Origin: Chrysomallon squamiferum
Taxonomy: Eukaryota; Animalia; Mollusca
Direction of reading: 5' to 3'
DNA: 64,000 bases
Assembly: GCA_012295275.1 (NCBI GenBank)
Contig: CM022675.1
Location: 16,306,001 to 16,370,000, forward strand
Translations under genes and position numbers: made by a program
The notes under the pieces: model-generated
Seen by the model: only the letters and a program-made list of their open reading frames with translations
Database searches by the model: none
Told to the model about the DNA's origin: nothing
Shown here: positions 55,622 to 64,000 of the stretch, in pieces
Numbering within the stretch: the stretch's first letter is position 1
Layout of the letters: every line of letters begins with the position of its first letter

Positions 55622-57008
55622 TACAGTACACTGAATTCTTGAATTATATGATAGTTAAAAATACAGGTCTGTTAACACTGAAATCAAATTTGTCCAGTTC
55701 TAGACAGTGTAAAATGAACAGTAGTATGTGCACCAACTGTAACAAATGCAGAAGTAGATAATAATGTAAAAAATTAATTTGATTATCAATTGTTTCATGA
55801 TTACAGTTGAAAACAAACCCTAAGTTTGGAAAATCACTATCAAGTATGCAGATATTTGAAGCAAAATTTTAATTCACACAATCTTATATTTTTCTTTTTA
55901 TTTTCTTTTACTTTTTTCTTTTCATTTTTGGTGAAGTCAAATATACATCTTGATCAGTGGCTTTTAACCGTTGTTTGTATTTTTTTGTTCTTGTTTCAGA
56001 ACCCCTTTTCAAATATTTTGTTTGATTATATATATCATTATAAACACTGTATGACAAAGGAGGCTTTCCATAGAAACATTTCAAAATACATGTAATATAT
56101 ATATATATAAATATATGTACATACACACACACTTAGTCATAAAAAGTGATATTTTTATTTTTAGTCATATTTCAATGAATTGTTGGCCTTTCTTTTTTTT
56201 TAAGTATGACCATTTGATAAGTTATATAACAAAATCGTTTAATTATTAACATTTTTATATATATTTTCAATAAAAAACTATTTTCTGTTTTAAACAATTG
56301 TTTTTGTCATCAGTTAAACAAATTACACTTTCAGTTTGCCAGGTGTAGAGTGACATGACTCGAGTTGTGAAGAAGTAAAATGGCAGCCTTCAGATATTTT
56401 GTAACAATATTATTTTACTGTCATGCTTCATTGTGAGTGATTCCAAAACCATAAATATTAATTTGGAATTATTAAAATTTAATTAGGCATTTATTGATAC
56501 CAACACTGGCATGCTATATGTGTGCTCAGTGTTATCTAGAATTAACATTTCAGACATAGCGTGTAGACAACTGAATCTAACATTGTAACTTTCACAGTCC
56601 AGTGCATTTTGCAATGGAGGCAGATTTGGTTTCTGTTTGATTCTTCAGTTTTTTTCAGTGGTGTTCTACAGTGATTTGTTTGACACAAAATGACTTCCAA
56701 GGTGGTGCATTCTTGTTTTAAGACATATGTGTCTCAATTTAACCGAAGACAATTTACACCCATAGATTTCTGTTGACGTTACCTGGAGTAGTTTGGTTCT
56801 ATTTTTTATTTTGTTATTTTTTTACCAACTTTTTATTTTTTTTATTTTTTTATTTTTTTACCAACTTTTTATTTTTTTTATTTTTAAGGAAATTTTATTT
56901 TTTATTTATTAGGGTTTTTTGTTTTTTTAAATATTTTTTATGGTCAGTTCTTCTTCTTTTGTCCAAAGCCATCATATAACAAATAATATATGAAAAAAAT
57001 TTAGTAAA

Positions 57009-57046
<38 letters not shown>

Positions 57047-57381
57047 ACATAGACATATATAAATTAATTATTACAAATAAAAAGAAAACTTAAAGCAATA
57101 GCCTGAATTAACTTTATATTTGTAGAATACATCTACTATGTAAGCATCTTGTTACCATTTAAATTTATATAGTCCAACTCAGATCTTAACAAAATTTGTT
57201 TCTGGTGTATAAGCAGCCCTTAGATGTAATTCAAAAAAAATACATTAACACTTCTCTTACTATTTATTAACATAAAGCCTTGAATAATGAAATAATACTG
57301 TCAAATGCAAAACATAAAATTTCCATATCACTAACGTAACCAATTAATAATAAACAGAAAAGTGTAAAAGCTACATGTAAT

Positions 57382-57427
57382 CGTTACAAGCAGGATTCAA
57401 ACCTATGCCTGGAAATCCCAATGGATT
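57382..57427 (-). pseudogene. tRNA-Ser 3'-half fragment (pseudo-tRNA or tRNA-derived repeat)
   Basis: The minus strand reads aatccattgggatttccaggcataggtttgaatcctgcttgtaacg. This resembles the animal tRNA-Ser 3' half (long variable arm + GGTTCGAATCC T-arm) with CpG-decay changes. No 5' half is present. Confidence 0.55.
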
Positions 57428-60400
57428 ATATACTAATTTCTTTTTATCTTTTTATTTATAATTGTACAATTATAAACAGTTAAAATTATTTTGAAAAGCT
57501 AAACACAAAAATCAAGCAGTCTTGTTTACACATAAATAAATACTCAAAATACACGTTACTTGCTAATGAGGATCTGACAGAAATTGATTCATCTTATCAG
57601 TTACCAAGAGTGCAACTCTCTTATCTTTTTAATCCAAAAATTACACGTATATTTATTATTATTATTATTATTATTACTTTTTTAACTTTCTTAACATTTA
57701 TCAACAAAAACTGAAATTTAATCATGATACATATACTGACTAAAACTGTTTCAGATAATATTTGAAGTCTGAACAAATTTATATTCTCTTACTTCTATCA
57801 TTCTCTTGAATACTGATAAAATAATTCAGAAGAAACATCTATTGTACAGTTTTAACATTTATAACAAGAGCCAAGCATTTGTAAGTTTTCTAGTTGTTAA
57901 ATAGAAGATGCAGTTTTTTCAAAAATTTACACACCTTTCATTTAGAAGTCAAATAATTTAATATAATTCATAATGATGTAAGAATAAAAAATACCTTCAT
58001 TTTGATAAACTCAAAACAGACTGGATAAAATAATGCCATATTTAACCAACTTATAGTTTGTGAGAATAACATTATATGCTATTTTATGTATATTCTGTTA
58101 ATTTCGCATCTGGGTTATATCCTTGTTCAATTCGAGTTTTATTTTGTTTTTTTAAATATTGATTGAAATATGAAACACAGATATGACAAGCATTGGAGGA
58201 CATTCTCTAACTATTCTGGATGGACATGCTAAAACATAGTGCAAGTCAGAGAATGCAGAGTGTTTTTTTTTTCCCATATGGTGTTCAAATGAGGTATTAC
58301 AATTGTACAGTGTATAACTTATAAAAAATGTATGTAAAAATATGTGTACAGATCTACACAGAATATTCAGCTGACTCTAGACATTAAACTAATTACCTAC
58401 TAAATTACATTAATGAGGCAAATAGAATTATTCAGGTTGGTAAATGTTATATACATTTCTGTAAACATGGAATTACTAAAACTGATAATAGAATAAATGC
58501 ATCATACAAAGTTATTAATAGGACTAGTCTAAATGAAGCTATAATTAGTTGTTTACAAAATGTTTACAATAGTCTTAGTTTTATCAAGATCAAGTATCTA
58601 GTGTTCATGTGAGAGCTGGACACACCTTCTTCTAAGAACGTGAACACAGATTATAAGCAGTTTCTGTTTCATTTCGTCTCCTGTCTCAATTTTTCTTCAC
58701 AAAAACAGAAGATCGTAGAATGTAGCATCATCGATCACAACAAAAGTAACAAAAAGACGTCAGACAACAAAGTCCTTCAAAAAGTCATCCACAGAACATT
58801 GTCTCAAAAAGTCATAAAATATAAGAACGTTTATCTGTCAGCTAAAAGACATACATGATACGGATTATACATTTCTTCCTTATTTAGTAATAAATAAAAA
58901 ATATTTTGAGGTTTTGTACGACTACTTGTATATCAGTTTATCAATTGATAACTTCAGTGTTTTTGATATCGGATTTTTAACATAAGCAAACAACAAGAAA
59001 TGTCTATGACTGTAATGTCAAAATATTTAGTATGAAGCTAACTAATGTGTTCCTGATATTTTGTTATTACAATAATTATAGAAAACAAAATCCAACACGA
59101 TATGTGTCTTCTAGAAAGTAATAATAATGGTAACAGCAACAATAATAATAGGAATAACAATAATAATGAATATATTTTTTTCATATAAAGATACTCAAAA
59201 GTTATTACAATATACATCTAGATAGATAAAAATCTAAAAAGACAAAACAATAAAATTAAGTGAAACTATCCGGAAAATACTGAATAACTTGTAATATTTT
59301 TAAAAATTGATGGAACTTTATGAACTGCTATGTCACATAAATTATTTACTCTAAAAATATATATCTTGGTTTTTTATTGTTTTTGTTTTTTGGTTTGTTT
59401 GTTGGTTTGTTCTTTTTAATGTGCTTCTGAATATTTGTGTGTTCCGCGTGATTTGCCAATATGCACTCCAAGATGTGAAACTTAGCAGTTACTTAAAAGC
59501 AAAAACCATTACCACACTGAATTATATTTATATTTGAAATTAGAAATTCTTAAAAACAGGGGAGAATATGCAGCGCAATCGTTTTGCACATTTTTATAAT
59601 TAAAAAACTAGTTTACAATTCGGAGTGTACCGGTCTGTTTCTGTGTTCACGCGATAGATGACGTCACCAGCATGTTCTTGGTCTGAAGAAAGTTTTGTAG
59701 GCAGACATGTTGAATAACACAAGATTAGTTTGAATTTAATCAACTTCAATAATCAGTCTTTGGATTTTTCTGTATATGAAGCATACTCTAGGGTTGATGA
59801 GACCGATCTGAAAAATTGTAGCAGGGACTTTTTCATAATCTAAGTATGTGAGCATTTATTTTTGTTTCTCATTTTTGGATAATAATAATAATAATAATAA
59901 TAAAAGTGATTTCTATGACGTGGGAAATGTAAACTGTATATATATATATATTTTTTGCTAAAAAACCACAATGATAGGTATGTGACCAGAACGTAAATAA
60001 AATGAAATAAAATAACATTTCCCCGTTTTCGGAACCTTTATTGAACAAATACTGTGATTTAAGTTCATTCAATTCTAATTTCTCCCTTAAAGACCAAAAT
60101 AACTTTGAAATTCGAAGACTTTCAAGTATAAAAAGAAAGAGAAAGAATACGCATGAAGAACAAATTTATTGACATGATAAATTAACAATATGGAGGACCA
60201 GGAATAAAAATGTTTAAAATATAATAATTATCAAACTTTCTGAATCGCGAAAAGTACGATTTCTTCACATACCTACCAGAATTCCAGTGAAATGCGCTTT
60301 TTGTAGAGTTTGAGTGTACATATATTGCAGATAATTATTCCAAAGCTAAATTATGACCTGAGTACTAATGGAAACGTCATTAAATTTAATAGTAACTCTG

Positions 60401-60555
60401 TCTATTAGTATGAAATCACAACAGGAATAAATATCTCAAACTGTAAAAAAACAAAAACAAAACACAGATTTGAATACTGAATTGAAATTTTAATTAAATT
60501 TACTTTTTCCTTGTAGTGTTTGCAGATAGAAGACTAAATAAATACTAAGCTGAAA

Positions 60556-60605
60556 ATGTTGAAACAACGTTATGGACCACTAGCTGACAATCAACAACTG
60601 ATAGG
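60556..60605 (+). CDS. Possible first coding exon of a further gene (MLKQRYGPLADNQQLIG...)
   Basis: Acceptor ttttccttgtag at 60516, aaaATG at 60556, donor gtaaga at 60606. An upstream CpG/CRE patch at 59580-59700 has a possible UTR donor at 59844. No in-phase downstream exon was found. Confidence 0.25.
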
Positions 60606-60669
60606 GTAAGATTTATTTTGTTACAAATTATTTTTTATCATCAGTTAAGTCTGATATTTTTACATTTAA

Positions 60670-61691
60670 ACTAGGGGAAGGGACTAATGAGCCACCCAGA
60701 GGATCCTATAGGCCATGGTCTCAAAAAATGAAACTAGGTAGAAATAAATCTTTTTTTTAAATTCCCATCATAAATTTCATCTCAGATGCACATACAGTAA
60801 TAAACAAAGGGGTGAATTACTTTTTCAACACACTGACCTCAGTCAAGGGCATATTGTTCTATTGACTCAGCATCCATGGTTTCAATGTAGTTTCAAGAGT
60901 CCAAAATTGCCATTGAATTGTATGATTCCCTTCTGCCTTTTGGTAGTTTGCCCAACAGGTTTAGCAAGGACACACAAAATCAAATCTGCCTCAACTGAGC
61001 TTATTTCTTCCTGGACAGGTTCAGTAAATGCACATGACATAGTGTGCCTGAGAGATTTTCTGAGACATTGGACTTCACAGTCCTCATTGTCATCTTTTGG
61101 TTGTGTGATTACATCAGTGTAGTGAACAGTGCTCTTCATTAGCTCTGCTGAGAAGAGACCTCTGTTTTCCTTTCTTTTTATACCAGATACAGCACTCTAG
61201 TCTGTCCAGAATAAAAGTAATACCTGTATTTAATTATCTATGAAAAAACATTGATTTTATGGATATATAATACTCTGAAATGCAGTGGAATCCAGTGAGC
61301 AACCTAGCCATGGGACCCCATAGAAGATGGCTCATTGGTCCCCAACACCACTTTGATTATGTTAGCCCAGTGTACCAGATAACCACATGGTTCATCAACT
61401 AAAACTGTATTTAGAAGTCAAAAGAAGTTACTAACAAAATACACAAACCTTTACAGGTTATATGTATTGTCAGCTTTCTATATTAAATTGTAACCAAAAC
61501 ACACACAAAATTTCTCAAGGTAGTCAACAACTTACTTTTTAATGTGTGATGGACTGCCCCAAAGCTTTCCAAACAATATGGATGAAGATAACATGTAGTA
61601 GTTGCATTGGTGTCACTACCATTTTGCTGTCAGATATTTATGGATGGCTCAAAGTTCCAGATGGTTCCATTGGTCCCCAGTTACCCCAGTA
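60670..61691 (-). mobile_element. Probable decayed DNA transposon (pogo/Tc1-mariner-like) remnant
   Basis: Imperfect inverted ends: actaggggaagggactaatgagcc at ~60670 versus the reverse complements of ggttccattggtccccagttaccccagta (61663-61691) and ggctcattggtcccc (~61329). Minus ORF 61139-60882 (VHYTDVITQPKDDNEDCEVQCLRKS...EEISSVEADLILCVLAKP...) resembles C-terminal regions of such transposases from memory. A stop lies just upstream. Confidence 0.4.
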
Positions 61692-61742
61692 CAGTAATTG
61701 GTATATCTAACCTGTATCTGATATCATCCTACTTCATAAGTG

Positions 61743-62100
61743 TATTACTTCTTGACAATAACAGACAATAACAGAAAACTGAGACATGGAGTTTATTACT
61801 TCTTGACAATAACAGAAAACTGAGACATGGAGTTCATTACTTCTTGACAATAACAGAAAACTGAGACATGGAATTTATTACTTCTTGACAATAACAGAAA
61901 ACTGAGACATGGAGTTTATTACTTCTTGACAATAAGAAAACTGAGACATGGAGTTTATTACTTCTTGACAATAACAGAAAACTGAGAAATGGAGTTTATT
62001 ACTTCTTGACAATAACAGAAAACTGAGACATGGAGTTTATTACTTGTCTATAACAGAAAAAAAACTGAGACTTGAAGTTTATTAGTACTTGACAGAAACA
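61743..62100. repeat. 41-bp minisatellite (ttattacttcttgacaataacagaaaactgagacatggagt), ~8 copies
   Basis: Period 41 by direct reading. Confidence 0.9.
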
Positions 62101-64000
62101 GAAATTGTTTAATATAAACTTCATTAAAATAAATATCTGGAATGAAGTTTTAACTTTATCCACTTGGTTATTTTACTTTATTACTATAAATAATGTTAAA
62201 TATTTGTAAACTCACTGTTACTTCAGTATAGGACAGATTGATTTTTTACTTTATTACTATAAATAATGTTAAATATTTGTAAAATCACTGTTTTATTTCA
62301 ATATAGGACAGACTGTTTTTTACTGTATTGCTATGAATAAGGTTAAGTATTTGTAAACTCACTGTTTGTTCAGTATGGGACACACTGATTTGATAAATCT
62401 GTCAAAACGAGTAAATCTTACTAAAGTGTTTTAACTATTTTGTATTGATACTGGGTTTTTTTTTTTTTTTTACAGTAAAATAAAAATATAATGTGTGTCT
62501 AATGTTGAGAGTTTTCTGTTTACATTATATTATTTTGTTTTTTAGAAACAAGAACGTGACATGAGAGAATTGAACCCTGACAGAACATTTACAAACAGAT
62601 CAACATACAAAGATAATGTGAAGAATCATGACAAGTCACAAATATTTTAAATTTATAATTCTCTTTATTTTTGTTTTTGTCAACAACAAAAAATAATAAT
62701 AATACTGGCTAATATATAGTATAAAACTGAAATTAGTGCTATCTTAAATACATGTCACACTTACTGATCTTAATTTATTACATTTATTTTCAGCATTTCA
62801 TTTTAGTGTAATTTTTGGAAATATTATTTACTGTGTTCAATCACAGACTTTTTCACTTGTTTATTTCTCTCTATTTAGTCAAATATTTTGTAAAATTCTA
62901 CAGACTGTACAAATAAAAATTTAATAACATTTCAAGACTAACCAGTCATTTGATAATGACTTCCTAATTCAAATATTTTATTCTACAATAGTGAAATATT
63001 TCATAACCACCATATGGTAAACCCTATCTACATTAATAAATCTTTAACATATCTAATTGTTAAACATTTGATAAGCTGTGTCAACATTATTATGCATTTG
63101 ATAAGCAGTATCTACATTTTAAATGTTTGGTAAACCCTATCTCAATAATAAATATTTCAAAAGGACTAATGACATCATTAAACATTTCATAAGACATATT
63201 TACAGTATTTAACGTGTGATAAGCCATATCTTCCTTATTAAACATTTGGTCAGCCCCATCTACATTAACATGGACTATTTACATTATTAAGCATTAGATA
63301 AGCCCTATGAGCACTAACAAAATATTTATTAACTTTATACAAACCATCTATTAACCGGTTCTTTCAGATTATTTAATACTGATCTACAATCAGTGATAGA
63401 AAACCTGTTTCTAATTCATCATTCATATCAGACTGAGTCACAGTTCTAACATTACTTTTAATTTTTACATTTCGATTTTTTCCTTTTTTTATAATTATAA
63501 ATTTAATAATGTTTTTAATACTGTTCAATCATTCATAATAAATAAAATTATGTAATCTAGTGTTTATACAATTTATTCATTTCTTTGCATAGTTCTGTAC
63601 AAACTTTATTCCTAGAAATATTAATATTCTTAGTATATTTAAGCATCTTGTTCATTTACCTTGGAATGCTCCAAAATGGAGGGTTACACAAATACAGTGC
63701 CATTTAAAACTGCCTTTATAACCAGTGTTCCTATTTCTGATTTCTTTAAATTCTGTTTAACCATTCTATAAAGAGGTTTGAGTCAATTCTGTTTACTAAA
63801 AAATTGTTTTTTAAAAATAGAATAGACTTTCCACAAACAACAGTAATTCACAGAGATTGTAAATAAATAATCCTTTTTCCTTGTTTTATTTGTTATCCAT
63901 TACACTTTAGTAATATGTGTAAGCTGTCCCATAAAATGGATGTAAAGATAACAGACTTTACGGTTATGGTGTAAGGGTAGAGAAATGCTTCTTCCACTTT

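Noticed and set aside
56380-56432. Signal-peptide-like exon MAAFRYFVTILFYCHAS with gtgagt donor
   Set aside because: All nearby acceptors (56553, 56597, 56658) give early stops in the required phase, so no gene model could be extended.
58590-58860. 72-aa + strand ORF and minus-strand acceptor-like site
   Set aside because: No recognisable motif and no consistent exon chain.

Overview
AT-rich, intron-rich animal genomic DNA, most likely from a mollusc (gastropod-like). This is inferred from the EGF-EGF-ZP gene type and the repeat landscape, not from a search. I could build two + strand multi-exon genes by hand with consistent GT-AG phases. (1) 4328-10849: 10 coding exons, about 480 aa, signal peptide-EGF-EGF-ZP-furin site-TM (EGF/ZP shell-matrix-protein-like). 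(2) 12710-55052: about 45 exons, about 2,000 aa, a macrophage-mannose-receptor-like type I receptor with 12 C-type lectin domains (CTLDs). It has a symmetric exon that inserts two ShK domains inside CTLD6 and a candidate 9-nt microexon, and three of its exons are frame-broken in this sequence. Intron 9 of the receptor hosts a nested antisense 3-coding-exon gene for a 179-aa coiled-coil protein with its own CpG-rich promoter. The most striking unexplained pattern is that at least 10 splice junctions are themselves the repeat unit of an unrelated 32-79 bp minisatellite. Each array copies the exon edge plus the GT or AG site 4-21 times into the intron, and in two cases the unit appears to overwrite the exon. 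The 3' end has a tRNA-Ser fragment, a probable DNA-transposon remnant and further minisatellites. All calls come from manual reading; no database searches were run.
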